The notes: generated from the letters alone by a model not told the origin. A stretch of 64,000 nt of DNA from Mobula hypostoma (GCF_963921235.1 NC_086097.1:22942001-23006000), one strand, 5' to 3'; numbered from the stretch's first letter, positions 1-12,124 are shown. Program-made: numbers and translations.

Positions 1-120
1 GTCTTGGTTTGTCTCGTGTTTCTGTGATATCATTCTGGAGGAACATTGTATCATTTCTTAATTCATGCATTACTAAATGACAGTAAAAGAGGACTGCGTG
101 TCCTCATAATCTAATCTAAT
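1..120 (+). mobile_element. 3' end of a LINE-type repeat with (CTAAT)n tail
   Basis: Ends in TAATCTAATCTAAT, a short tandem tail typical of non-LTR element 3' ends; cut by the window start. Confidence 0.5.
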
Positions 121-280
121 TTCAGTGAACGGGTGAGTGAAGTTGAGTGAAGTTATCCCATTTGGTTCAAGAGCCTGATGGTTGAGGGGTAATAACTGTT
201 CCTGAAAGTATGTTTATGTAACCATATATCTCCCCCTCCCCCTCCAACTTTCAAATCCCTTACTCACTCTTCCTTCAGTT

Positions 281-312
281 AGTCCTGACGAAGGGTCTCG
301 GCCTGAAACGTC
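281..312 (+). ncRNA. Minimal hammerhead ribozyme, truncated at the GUC cleavage triplet
   Basis: AGTC-CTGACGA-AGGGTCTCGGCCT-GAAAC-GTC, then a jump to upstream PLE sequence. Confidence 0.75.
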
Positions 313-403
313 TCCATCCCTCCCCCTCCTGTCTTCTCCTATCATTTTGGATCTCCCCCTCCCCCTCCAACTTTCAAATCCCTTACTCACTCTTCCTTCA
401 GTT

Positions 404-439
404 AGTCCTGACAAAGGGTCTCGGCCTGAAACGTCGACT
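404..439 (+). ncRNA. Minimal hammerhead ribozyme with G8A core mutation
   Basis: AGTC-CTGACAA-AGGGTCTCGGCCT-GAAAC-GTC-GACT. Confidence 0.7.
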
Positions 440-1827
440 GCACCTCTTCCTAGAGATGCTGCCTGGCCTGCTGCGTTCACCAGCAACTTTTATGTGTGTT
501 GCTTGAATTTCCAGCATCTGCAGAATTCCTGTTGTTTGCTACCCTGAGATTCATTTTCTTGCAGGCATTCACAGTAGAACAAAGAAATACAATAGAATCA
601 ATGAAAAACTGCATACGTGCACATACTGACAAGCAACCGATGTCCAGAAAAGACGAACTGTGCAAATACAAAAATATAATAAAAAAAGAAAGAAAATAGA
701 TGTACAATTCAATAAATGCACAGTGCAGAGTACCCTGACTGGTAACAGCAATGCCTGGTATTGAAACACCAAAGCACAAGAATGGAAAAGCCTAAAAAAT
801 GTCGGGATACAGCTCAGTCCATCACAGAAAAAATCCTCCCCAGCATTGAACACATCTCCAGCGCCACTACGTTGAGGTATTGTTACAGACATCATCAGAG
901 CACTTTCCCTTAATCATTCATGCAATATACAGTTAGACATTTAAACTCTTGTGGTTTTGTTAGGTAAAGGTATTGAGGGTTGCAGAACCGAGGTGGGTAG
1001 ATGGGATGTTGCACAGATTAGTCCACCTTTGGAGTCTTCTAAATAAATATCCAGGAAGACACTCCAGTAATGTATTAAATGGATTTCCAGTTTAGTTAAA
1101 TATTAAAGTTCAATTCTGGGTTCCTGACAACATATCTCCCTCAGTCAGCAATTTCTGAAAAACAATATTTGAACATGTCTACTATAGTAATTGTGAGATC
1201 TTAAGAGCATAGAACATAGAACACTACAGCGCAATACGGGCCCGCAATGTCTTCTACTGTACCTTCTCCAAAGACTCTGCACCCTCTCCTGTAACGGGGT
1301 GGCCAGAATTGCACTCTGCTACTCCAAATGCAGCTGAAGTCAAGTTTTATGTAACTGCAGCCTGAGGTAACTGGAATTAAAATGTTGTTCAATTGTGGTC
1401 TTACTGCACGGTAGAAGAGGGGTAATGGGCTGAACAGTCTGCTCATGTTCACAGATCCAAAGTATTATTCATTCTGTGCTGGGAAGAGCTGGAGTGGTGA
1501 ACAGCAGATGCATAGGGGCAGGGTGCACTGGTGGGGAAGGGGAAGAAAAGCTATTTCTTTCTTTCCTGCAACCTGACAGCTTGCAACTGAAAATATAGGA
1601 GCCGAAATGGTGGGAAATGAGTATGTTATGCATTGAAGTCATTTTTATTCTTAAACCCATGAACATGTCAGTATAACGGTCTTTTGCAGTACCAGGCTGA
1701 GATCTGTTCAACCTATCTGAGCAATGAGGAAGGATTGAAAGAGCAAGGGCTTTTCTCTTTGGAGAGGAGGATGAGAGGTGACATGATAGAAGTGGATAAG
1801 GCGGGTCTGGGGAAGACGGAGTCTGCG

Positions 1828-2067
1828 TGTTCTGTTTTGTAACTTCAAAACTTTAAACTAATTCAAAGGAAGACACGGGAGTCTGGGGATGTAGGTCCAG
1901 CTTTGAGTTTACTTTAAGCAAGGCGCACATGTATCACGTGGTAGGGTGGTGACGTATGCAATTCACGTATTTATACATATAACCTGTGAAGAAATGAACA
2001 GGAATGCTTAGTCAACCAATATATGCACAAAATTACTCAACATTACATCAATATTAAATACGCAACA
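1828..2067. mobile_element. Possible short solo LTR
   Basis: TGTTCT...CAACA termini; right end closely similar to 5980-6020; no TSD seen. Confidence 0.4.
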
Positions 2068-2144
2068 GTAGTGTCTGATAATGCACGAGTCTGGTAGAGG
2101 CGAAGGAAGTGGCCTGTCTTCGGGTTAGAAGACAAGGTATGTAC

Positions 2145-2281
2145 TAGTCCTGACGAAGGGTCTCGGCCTGAAACGTCGACTGCGCCTCTTCCTATAGATG
2201 CTGCCTGGCCTGCTGCGTTCACCAGCAACTTTGATGTGTGTTGCTTGAATTTCCAGCATCTGCAGAATTCCTGTTGTTTGC
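2145..2281 (+). mobile_element. Short PLE 3'-end insertion starting at the hammerhead
   Basis: Near-identical to 403-539 and to the reverse complement of 31318-31452. Confidence 0.85.
2146..2181 (+). ncRNA. Intact minimal type I hammerhead ribozyme
   Basis: Stem I AGTC/GACT, core CTGACGA, stem II, GAAAC-GTC with ACGT palindrome. Confidence 0.8.
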
Positions 2282-2498
2282 GTTTAAATGTACAGGGGTA
2301 GCTGGGAGGGAGGACCAGGGCTATTGTCACTATTGCTGCTTTGTTTCTTGGTTTGTTCAGTTTTGTTTTGTTCTGTGTTGTTTTGCCAAGCATTGTGGTC
2401 ATGCTATCTTGGTTGCTGCAATGTGTGCTGACATTTGCGGGCTGCCCCCAGCACATGCTTAGGTCGTGTTGGTTGCTAAATAAAATGATGCATTTCAC

Positions 2499-2643
2499 AA
2501 CAACACACACAAAATGCTGGAGGAACTCAGCAGGTCAGGCAGCATGTATGGAAATGAATATTGACGTTTCGGGCCAAGACTCTTCATCAGGACTCTCCTG
2601 TGTGTTGCTTTGAATTTCCAGCATCTGCAGAATTTCTAGTGTT
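2499..2643. mobile_element. Inverted pair of PLE 3' ends with minus-strand hammerhead (2561-2594)
   Basis: Minus arm then plus arm; flanked by AATGA(TG/CA)CATTTCAC at 2484-2498 and 2644-2658. Confidence 0.7.
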
Positions 2644-2894
2644 AATGACACATTTCACTGTGTGTTTTGATGTACATGTGATAAATAAATCTAAATCAAC
2701 ATATCCAGACCTGCCTCTCGGTTTTTTTGCACTACCTTACTTTGCCTTTTCTATTTTCTATTTATGATTTATAATTTAAATTTTTAATATTTACTATTGA
2801 TTTGTACTCCAGGGAACGCGAAGCGCAGAATCAAATATCGTTGTGATGATTGTACGTTCTACTATCAATTGTTTGGCGGCAATAAAGTATAAAG

Positions 2895-3200
2895 ATTGAA
2901 TGGACAGCCACAGACTTTTTCCCAGGGTGATATGGTTAATCTTTAAGCGATTGGAAGTATAGGGGGATAGCGAAGTATAGGGGGATGTCAGAGGTAAGTA
3001 TTTTTACACAGTGAGTGGTGAGTGTGTGGAGCACCCTGCCTGGGCAGTGGTAGAGGCAAGTGCACTAGGGGCATTCAAGGCATATGGATGATAGAAAACT
3101 GGAGGGCTATGTAAGTGAAAAGGTTAGATTGATCTAACAGTAGATTAAAAGGTCAGCAAAACATCAATAGGCTGAAGGGCCAGTACCATTTTACATTCTA
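2895..3200 (+). mobile_element. CR1-clade LINE 3' fragment
   Basis: Decayed LFPR...GDVRG.FFTQ.V coding end plus GGCTGAAGGGCC-type 3' tail shared with other copies. Confidence 0.7.
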
Positions 3201-4127
3201 TTTGATGTCTTTTGAGATTGCATTGTCACTTTATAATATACTGTGCAACACAGTTTAAGCTGTCACATTCTCAACTGAAGCAAATTCGTATTTAAAACCA
3301 GTAGGTTGTAAACTCCTGCAGACAAATGCTGAAATATTTTAGGTCTAAAATACAAGAAGGACGGCTACTTGTTTCCTCTCAATTTTACGCAAAAAAGATG
3401 TGTTTGATATCCTGAGCACTGAAAGCATAATTCATGCATAAAAAATGCGTTATTAGCATACAGCAAAAGAAATAACATTTAGTAATTTGACAGAGACAGA
3501 GGAAGGAAAAACAGGGAAGTCTATTCAAAAGCAGTGAGGGAGATCCATCAGAGGGATGAAGCTGGCCGATCAACTGGTGCACCCAGCATGTTCCACACAA
3601 CCAGAGTTCAAAGGTCAAAATAAATTTATTACCAAAGTACATATATGTCATCATATACAATCTTGAGATTAATTTTCTTGAGGGCATACTCAATAAATCC
3701 ATGAAAGAATAATAACCATAATGAAAGACTGCATCAACTTTGTTTCAACTAGTGTGCAAAAGACAAAAAACTATCCAAATACAAAAATAAATAAATAAGC
3801 AATAAATATTAGGAACATGAGGTGAAGATCTTTGAACGTGAGTCTATTGGTTGTGGGATGAGGCAAGTGAAGTTGAGTGAAGTTATCTCATTTAGTTCAA
3901 GGGCCTAACGGTTATAGAGTCATAGAAAACTACAGCGTAGAAACAAGCCCTTTGGCATATCTAGTCCATTCCTAGTCCCATCAACTTGCATCCGGACCAT
4001 AGCCCTCCGCACCCCTACTATCCACGTACCTATGTAAACTTCTCTTAAACCTTGAAATTGAAATCATATCCACGACTTGCGCTACCAGCTTGTTTCACAC
4101 TCCCACCACCCTCTGAGTGAAGAGGTT

Positions 4128-5362
4128 CAGAATCAGAATCAGGTTTATTGTCATCAGCATGTGTCATGGAATTTGTTAACTTAGCAACAGCAGTACAATG
4201 CAATGTATAATATATAAGAAGAAGAGAAAAAACAATTACAGTATACGTATATTGAATAGATTAAAAATCATGCAGAAAAACAGAAATAATTGTATATTAA
4301 AAAAGTGAGGTTATGTTCATGGGTTCAAAGTCTATTTAGGAATCGGATGGCAGAGGGGAAGAATCTGTTCCTGAATGGCTGTGTGTGTGCCTTCAAGCTT
4401 CTGTACCTCCTATCTGATGGCAACAATGAGAAAAGGGCATGCCCTGGGTGCTAGAGGTCCTTAGTAATGGACGCTGCCTTTCTGAGACACCGCTCCCTAA
4501 AGATATCCTGGGTTCTTTGTAGGCTAGTGCCCAAGATGGAGCTGACTAGATTTACAACCTTCTGTAGCTTCTTTTAGTCCTGTGCAGTAACCCCTCCATA
4601 CCAGACAGTGATGCAGCCTGTCAGAATGCTGTCCACGGTACAAATATAGAAGTTTTTGAGTGTACTTGTTGACATGCCAAATCTCTTCAAACCCCTAATA
4701 AAGTATAGCTGCTGTCTTGCCTTCTTTATAACTACATCGATATGTTGGGACCAGGTTAGATCCTCAGAGATCTTGACACCCAGGAACTTGAAGCTGCTCA
4801 CTCTCTCCACTTCTGATCCCTCTATGAGGATTGGTATGTGTTCCTTCATCTTACCCTTCCTGAAGTCCACAATCAGTTCTTTTGTCTTACTGATGTTGAG
4901 TGCCAGGCTGTTGCTGCGACACCATTCCACTAGTTGGCATACCTTATCACCACCTGAGATTCTACCAACGATGGTTGTATCGTCAGCAAATTTATAGATG
5001 GTATTTGAGCTATGCCTAGCCACACAGTCATGGTTATGGAGAGAGTAGAGCAGTGGGCTGAGCACACACTCCTGAGATGCACCAGTGTTAATCATCAGTG
5101 AGGAGGAGATATTATCACCAATCCGCATAGATTGTGGTCTTCCAGTTAGGAAGTCGAGGATCCAATTACAGAGGGAAGTACAGAGGCCCAGGTCCTGTAA
5201 CTTCTCAATCAGGATTGTGGGAATGATAGTATTAAATGCTCAACTAAAGTTGATGAACAGCATCCTGACATAGGTGTTTGTGTTGTCCAGGTGGTCTAAT
5301 GCCATGTGAAGAGTCATTGAGATTGTATCTGCCATTGACCAATTGTGGCGATAGGCAAACTG
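4128..5362 (-). mobile_element. Rex1/Babar-type LINE, 5'-truncated (RT C-terminal half and 3' UTR)
   Basis: ORF 4574-5128 has [35 protein letters not shown] and FKFLGV motifs; (ATTCTG)n tail at ~4128-4141; inserted into a CR1 remnant (3915-4127). Confidence 0.9.
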
Positions 5363-5756
5363 CAAATTGCAAGTTTCCCCTCATGTCTCAGTTATGTTTT
5401 GTTTTGACATATGTAATTCATGTATTTTTTTATTGTGCAATCGTGAACAATAGCCAGATCAGAAATGCTGATCAAGTCAACCAGTTCTCAAAGAGAAATC
5501 TGCTAGGCCAATAAGATGGTTCACTGCTGCTCAGCGATCGAACATAAAAAAAATCATGTGTACAATTAAAAAATATTAAAGAATAATAGAAGTACTCGAG
5601 CCATGATAATCATGATGAGGTCTGCTGGAGAGAGACATTTATACACATGCTGTCCTCCATAATTCAATGAGATTGAAGGATAAGGTCACAGGGTGACAAA
5701 ACATGGCAGGAGTACTTGGAACTAAAAACTAATCCCTACTGGGAGAAAACAGCACC

Positions 5757-6020
5757 TGTTCTTTCCGCAATGTTCTTCAACAGTTTAAGGACTAAGTCCA
5801 GCCGGAGCATAACTCACAAGTGCTCTTGAAAGTCAGGTATTAACCCTACCTGACATTTAACCCTATTCTTACATGTAAGCTGTAATTAGTTATTTAAATG
5901 AGCAACAATACTTAATCAACATATATATATATATATATATACACACACATACACACACACACACACACATATATATATACAAGATTACTCAAATATTACT
6001 CAAGTATTAAATACACAACA
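5757..6020. mobile_element. Possible solo LTR related to 1828-2067
   Basis: TGTTCT...ATTAAATACACAACA termini; contains a TA/CA microsatellite. Confidence 0.35.
5921..5980. repeat. (TA)n(CA)n compound microsatellite
   Basis: Read directly. Confidence 0.95.
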
Positions 6021-6033
6021 GTTCCCCTTAAAC

Positions 6034-6348
6034 CGTTGGGCACGTCCTGACGAAGGGTCTCAGCCTGAAACGTCGACTGTACCTCTTCCTATAGATGCTG
6101 CCTGGCCTGCTGCGTTCACCAGCAACTTTGATGTATGTTGGTTAAGGCGTTCGTCTAGTTATCTCAACGTCGCTAGTTCGAGCCTCAGCTGTGGCAGCGT
6201 GTTTGTGCCCTTGAGCAAGGCACTTAATCACACATTGCTCTAGTCTGTGCGAGGAGTGGCGCCTCACACAGACTTCCAATCTGCGCCTTGTAAGGCATGA
6301 AAATGCTCAACGCAGGCCTCTCATGGTCTGAGTTGACGTTCCTCTCCC
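6034..6348 (+). mobile_element. tRNA-derived CORE-like SINE with a PLE/hammerhead fragment (6044-6139) inserted in its A box
   Basis: GTTCGAGCC B box, GTGCCCTTGAGCAAGGCACTTAA CORE-like motif, TSD TCCCCTTAAAC (6023-6033, 6349-6359). Confidence 0.8.
6044..6077 (+). ncRNA. Minimal hammerhead ribozyme, core intact
   Basis: GTC-CTGACGA-AGGGTCTCAGCCT-GAAAC-GTC-GAC. Confidence 0.75.
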
Positions 6349-6349
6349 T

Positions 6350-6650
6350 CCCCTTAAACATTTCATCTTTCACACTTAATCTATGACCTCTAGTTGTAGT
6401 CTCACTCAACCACAGTGGAAAAAACACAGCAGTGACCAAACCTGCACACAATACTCCAAATTAGCCCTTCCCAATGTCTTATACAACTTCAACATAACAT
6501 CCCAACTTCCTGTACTCACTACATTGATCTAAGAAGGCCAATGTGCCAAAAGCTTTCTCTATAACCCTATCTACCTATGGCAGCACCTTCAATGAATTAT
6601 GGACCAGTATTCCCAGATCTCTTTGATCTACTGCCCTCTTCAGTGTCCTT
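6350..6650 (-). mobile_element. CR1 LINE ORF2 fragment
   Basis: Minus strand reads like RVDRVI.KAFG.LAF...LYKTL.R..LEYCVQ and TRGH.L.VK.EMFKG. Confidence 0.75.
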
Positions 6651-6839
6651 TGGCTGAGGGGTAATAGCTGATTTCTGAACCAGGTAATATGAGTCTTGAG
6701 GCTCCTGCAGCGTCCTCCTGATGACAGCAGAGAAAAGAGAGCATGACCTGGGCGGTGGACATCCCTGTTGATGGATGCTGCTTTCCTGCGACAACTCTTT
6801 GTGCAGATGTAGATGTGGATGAGCTGTCAACTCTTGGCA

Positions 6840-7430
6840 TGAAGAGTCAATTTTATTCACCGTATATATTTACATGTATCAGGAATGTGCTGAGGTGTGC
6901 TGGTGCGACTGAAACATAAAACAATTACATTCAAGAATTATATGAACTAAAGTTAGAAGTTAAAATACAGATATGGAATAAAATGTGCATAAATAAATAA
7001 ATGGCAGCATGTATTTATGATGTAAACGGCACTATAAAAAATGCTTTAAAGTGTTTCCCGTGCAGTGATGGGGTTAATAGATAGAGGAGGTGGGAGCTAA
7101 CTAGAATGGTTGATCAGATTAACTGCCTTGGGGAAGAAGCTTTTAAGATGGTGAGAAGCTTTTTAAGTAGTCCTATAGCACTTTCTGAAAGGAAACTTTT
7201 GGAAAAGACAGTTTGCTGAGTGGGTAATGTCTGCGTGATTTCTTGTGTCCTGGACACATAGAAGTCCTACAGTGATGGTAGACTGCAGCCAGTGACTTTA
7301 CTGCAGACCTGACAATCTGCTGTCGTTATGTGCAGTATATTGTGAGAGGATTCTGCACCAAATCAGACCGTAATGACTGATGTGAGGATGCTGTATATGA
7401 TGGCAGTGTAGAAGTGCACACCCACATTAG
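6840..7430 (-). mobile_element. LINE 3' fragment (Rex1/L2-like); same family at 63520-63810
   Basis: Decayed FYTAII.SILT....VW motif; clear similarity to 63520-63810. Confidence 0.6.
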
Positions 7431-8054
7431 GGTGGGTGGAGAAATAAAATTGACCGCTTTTGGAAGGGAACTATAATGAAAGGGGAGGAGATCATGTTCA
7501 AATTAAACATATTTCTAGCTGTGTGCATACTCACTCTCAAGTTGAACTGTTTTGGGGGAGGAGTTTTCCCGTGCTGGCCATATTTGCTCATGGCTTCATT
7601 AGTCATACAGGATAGAAATTGCTCTGATCGTTTTTAAAGGCAATGGGCCATCATTGCGTCTTTTCCTAACACTGATGGGCAAATTTTCTGCAAGGTGAGT
7701 ACTTCAGTTGTTTGGGCTGTTTACGTAATGGCATGTTGCAATCAATACAATATTGTCAAATTCAATTCAATATTCCATTTGTGAGTCCTTTTATTCCCTG
7801 CCATCTGACAGCATGCAATTAAAAGTATAGGAGGAGACGAAAGAAGTGTAGATTGAATGTGTTATGCATTGAAGTTCCTTTTATTCTTAACCCATGACAA
7901 TGTCAATGTCAAACCCATCAGCATTTATTCCAAAAAGATTGGCTTTCTGAACCATGCTTTACAAGGACATACCATACCACAGTTCAAGATTCAAGATATA
8001 CGCCAATGGATCCCACAGAATCACAACCTTCTGGCTAAAGAAATTCCTTCTCCT

Positions 8055-8535
8055 ATCTGTATCACGGGTAAAGCCTTTGCCACCATTGAGCACGTCTGCA
8101 TGGAGTGCTGTCACAGGAAAGCAGAATCCGTCATCAAGGACCCCTACCATCCAGACCATGCTGCCATGAGGAAGAAAGTACAGGGGCCTCCACAACCAGG
8201 TTCAGGAACAGTTGTTATACCTCAACCATCAGGCTCTTGAACCAGAGGGGATAACTTCACTCAGCCCATCACTGAACTGTTCCCATAAACTATGGACTTA
8301 CTTTCAAAGACTCGTCATCTCATGTTCTCACTACACATTGCTTATTTATTTATTATTATTCTTTCTTTCTGTACAAACACAATTTGTTGTTTATTCCACA
8401 CAAGTTGAACCCCCAAGTTGGTGCGGTCTTTCATTTATTCTATTATGGTTTTGTTGAGTATGCCCACAAGAAAATGAATCTCAATGTTGTATATGGTGAC
8501 ATATATGTACTTTGTTAATAAATTTATTTTGAACT
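8055..8535 (+). mobile_element. Rex1/Babar-type LINE 3' end
   Basis: CCHRKAESVIKDPYHPDH motif followed by a 3' UTR ending AATAAATTTATTTTGAACT. Confidence 0.75.
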
Positions 8536-8622
8536 TCCATATATTATCCATTTTATTCCTGGGATCATACTTGTGAACCTCCTCTGGACCATCTCCAATG
8601 TCTGCACGTCCTTTCTTACATA

Positions 8623-8946
8623 AATAAATAAATTAAAGGCATCCGTTAGTCTTGCGAGACCACGGATCTGCACCTGGAAAGTCTTCACTCTCCAGGGCGC
8701 AGGCCTGGGCAAGGTTGTATGGAAGACCAGCAGTTGCCCATGCTGCAAGGCTCCCCTCTCCATGACACCAATGTTGTCCAAGGGAAGGGCATTAGGACCC
8801 ATACAGCTTGGCACCAGTGTCATCGCAGAGCAATGTGTGATTAAGTGCCTTGCTCAAGGACACAACACGCTGCCTTGGCTGGGGCTCGAACTCACGCCCT
8901 TCAGATCGCTAGTCAAACGCCTTAATTCACTTGACCACTTGGCTCC
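8623..8946 (-). mobile_element. tRNA-derived CORE-like SINE, full length
   Basis: A and B boxes (TGGTCAAGTG, GAGTTCGAGCC), CORE-like motif, (TTTA)n tail, perfect 14-bp TSD TCCTTTCTTACATA (8609-8622, 8947-8960). Confidence 0.9.
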
Positions 8947-9176
8947 TCCTTTCTTACATATGGAGACCAAAACTGCTCACAATGCTCCAGTCTGAATAAA
9001 GCCTCAGCGTTACATCCATCCTTACGTTAATATTCTGGTCCTCTCAAAATAAATGCTAACATGCAATGCAAAATGAATGCCTTTCTTACCACCAACTCAA
9101 CCTGCAAGTTAACCTTTAAGGAATTCTAAGAAACTTTGCACCTCAGATTTTTGAATTTTCCCTCCGTTTAGAAAAT

Positions 9177-10190
9177 TAAGACCATAAGACACAGGAGCAG
9201 AATTAGGCCATTCAGTCCAATGAGTCTGTTCCACCATTCCATCATGGCTGATCCCACTCAACCCCATGCACCTGCCTTCTCACCATATCCTTTGATGCCC
9301 TGACTGATCAGAAAACTATCAATTTCCGCCCTAAGTATACCCACGGACTTGGCTTCCACTGCAGTCTGTGGCAGAGCATTCCACAGATTCACTACTCTCT
9401 GGTTAAAAAAATGCCTCCTTACCTCTGTTCTGAAAGGTCACACCTCAATTTTGAGGCTCTGCCCTCTAGTTCTGGATGCCCACACCATAGGAAACATCTC
9501 CTCCACATTCACCTTACAGTTTTTCGTCCTTTCAACATTAGATAGGTTTCAATGAGATCCCTCCACATTCTTCTAAATTCCGGTGAATACAGGTCCAAAG
9601 CTGCCAAACACTCCTCAGATGTTAACCTGTTCATTCCTGGAATCATCCTTGCAAACCTCTTCTGGACTCTCCAATGACAACACATCCTTTCTGAGATATG
9701 GGGTTCAAAACTGTTGACAATACTCCAAGTGCAGCCTGACTAGTGTCTTACAAAGCCTCAGCATTATCTCCTTTTATATTCTATTCCCCTTGAAATAAAT
9801 GCCAAACTGCATTTGCCGCCTTTGCCACATACTGGGCCTGTAAATTAAACTTCTGGGAGTCTTGCACCAGGACTCCTAAGTCCCTCTGCACCTCTGATGT
9901 TTGAACTTTCTCCCCATTTAGATAATAGTCTGCACTATTGTTCCTTTAACCAAAATACATTATCATACATTTTCCAACACTGTATTTCAGCTGCCACATT
10001 TTTGCCCATTCTTCCAATTTGTCTAAGTCCTGCTGCAATCACATTGCTTCCTCAGCACTATCTACCCCTCCACCTATTTATGTATCATTCGCAAACTTTG
10101 CCACAAAGCCATCAATTCCATTATCCGTACCATTGACAAATAAATGTGAAAAGTAGCGGACCCAATATTGACCCTTGAGGAATGCCACTG
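9177..10190 (-). mobile_element. CR1 LINE, ~1 kb 3' fragment
   Basis: Minus strand has SGIPQGSILGPLLF, KF.NDT-like and LEYCQQF remnants and a TCTTATGGTCTT tail. Confidence 0.85.
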
Positions 10191-10602
10191 GTCTATGCCT
10201 TTATTTTCTCCTCGTAGTATCAAATTGAATAAAACCCATTCTTATCACTTAGCAGTGAGGATAACTAATTATTTTACAATTAATTGCATAAAGACCATAT
10301 GTTGTAGTTTGGTCCAAGACCTCAAGGCAATAAGATGCACTTAAACAATTTCTTCTTTGGCATTATTCTGACAGTTGTTCAAGTTCTACGTTATGTGTGA
10401 ACTTGTGAGTCATTTTCCTAACACGTCTAGTTGTAGGTAATTTAGAAAAACCGCAAAAATTCAGTATCCTTAAAGATTTTATGCAGTTCATTTGTAGGCC
10501 TCCTAAGATCTAAGATGCCAAGTTTGAAAATCTATTGACTGGGTTGAGAGCAACTTTGATATATTTTATCACTGAATCCCAAAGATTTCAAGTATATATA
10601 TA

Positions 10603-11150
10603 CACTTAGTGGTGACTTTATTAGATACCTCTTGTACCTAAAGTGGCAACTGAGAGTATGCTCATGGTCTTCTGCTGCTGTAGTCCATCAAGGTTTGAAA
10701 TATGTTCAGAGATACACTTCTGCACACCACTGTTGTAATGCATGGTTATTTGAGTTACTGTCATCTTCCTTCAGCTTGAAGCAGTCTGACCATTCTCCTC
10801 TGACCTCTCTAATTAACAAGGCACCTTCACTCACAGAACTGCCACTCAATGTTTTTTTTTTGGTTCTTTTTGCATCATTTTCTATAAAATCTAGAGACTG
10901 GTGTGCATGAAAATCCCAGGAGATCAGCAGTTTCAGAGATACTCAAACCACCCTGTCTGGCACCAACATGGTGAAAGTCACTTAGATGACATTTCTTCTA
11001 TATTCTGATGTTTGGTCTGAACAACAACTGAACCTCTCGACCATGTTTGCAAGCTTTTATGCATTGAGTTGCTGCCACATGATGGACTGTTTGGATATCT
11101 GTATTAATGAGCAGATGTACAGGTCTACCTAATAAGATGGCCACTGAGCG
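10603..11150. mobile_element. Tc1-family non-autonomous DNA transposon
   Basis: TIRs CACTTAGTGGTGACTTTATTAG / CTAATAAGATGGCCACTGAGCG flanked by TA. Confidence 0.85.
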
Positions 11151-12124
11151 TATATTTTAATTAGAATCTGGTGAGTTAGCTTGTATAATATGACTCCCAG
11201 AATTCTTACCTCTTGTTTCCTTTGTCTCTTGACATGGTCTGCAGTTAGTTGCTTTAATTCATCCATTAGATTATGTCAGACATGAAACCTCTGAAGTCTG
11301 AAGTTTTTAATCCACTTAACCATTCACTTTCATGGATTGGTCCATATCCATAGTACTGATTCACTTTGAATGTGATATATTCTCGTTGTTCCTTATGAAC
11401 TTTCAGAGGTCAGATTACACAGAAGTAGATAGGGTTGCTAAGAAGGCGTATCGTGTGTTGACCTTCATTGGTTGGGGGTTGAGTTCAAGAGCCATATATG
11501 ATTGCAGCGCTATAAAATTCTGGATGAAGATTAGCTTTGTTTGTCACATGTGCAAAAAAACACAACAAACCATACAGGGAAGTGCATCATTTACTTCAAG
11601 TCAAATTGACAAGGATTGGGCTGGGTAGCCCACATGTGTTGCCGTTCTTCTGGTGCCAAAATAGAATGCTCACAGCTTACTAACCCTCGCTATTCTATGG
11701 ATTGTGGAAGGAAACCCACATGGTCATAGGGAGAACAAGCTTTTCACTGCATCTCTGCGCATGTGACAATAATAACTCAATTCCAACACCAATACATTAT
11801 TACCAATCTCATATTCGATATTCAATCAGTTCTTCTTTCCTGAATGAACCATCGCTATTAAGTAACACATGCATGGCTTACACTTTAGGAGAAAGAGAGG
11901 TGTATAAGGTGATTTCTAGCTTTGTCCAAGGGTGGAAATGGCTGGTAATAGGCCATAATTTGAAGGTGATTGGAGGAAATTAAATGGGGGATGTTAGAGG
12001 TTGCTTTTTTCTAACACACAGAGTGGCAGGTGCCTGGAAGGCAGATATATTAGGGACATTCAAGAAGCTCTTAAATCAGCACATGAATGAAAGGAAAAAT
12101 GGGGTCTACGCAGAAGAGTGAAGT

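Larger units (their letters stand above)
228..539 (+). mobile_element. Tandem pair of Penelope-like element (PLE) 3' ends (pLTR-like)
   Basis: 228-312 repeats 351-435; both match the 3' end of the PLE at 31318-32734. Confidence 0.85.

Noticed and set aside
228..539. Recurrent ~36-nt motif as a CRISPR-like repeat
   Set aside because: Dispersed, no regular spacers, eukaryotic context; explained as a PLE hammerhead
1007..1132. TGTTG...CAACA segment as a mini solo LTR
   Set aside because: Very short, no TSD, no second copy in the window
4574..5128. RT ORF as a bacterial retron or DGR, or a functional RT
   Set aside because: Truncated and mutated Rex1/Babar LINE with a deletion after the FADD motif
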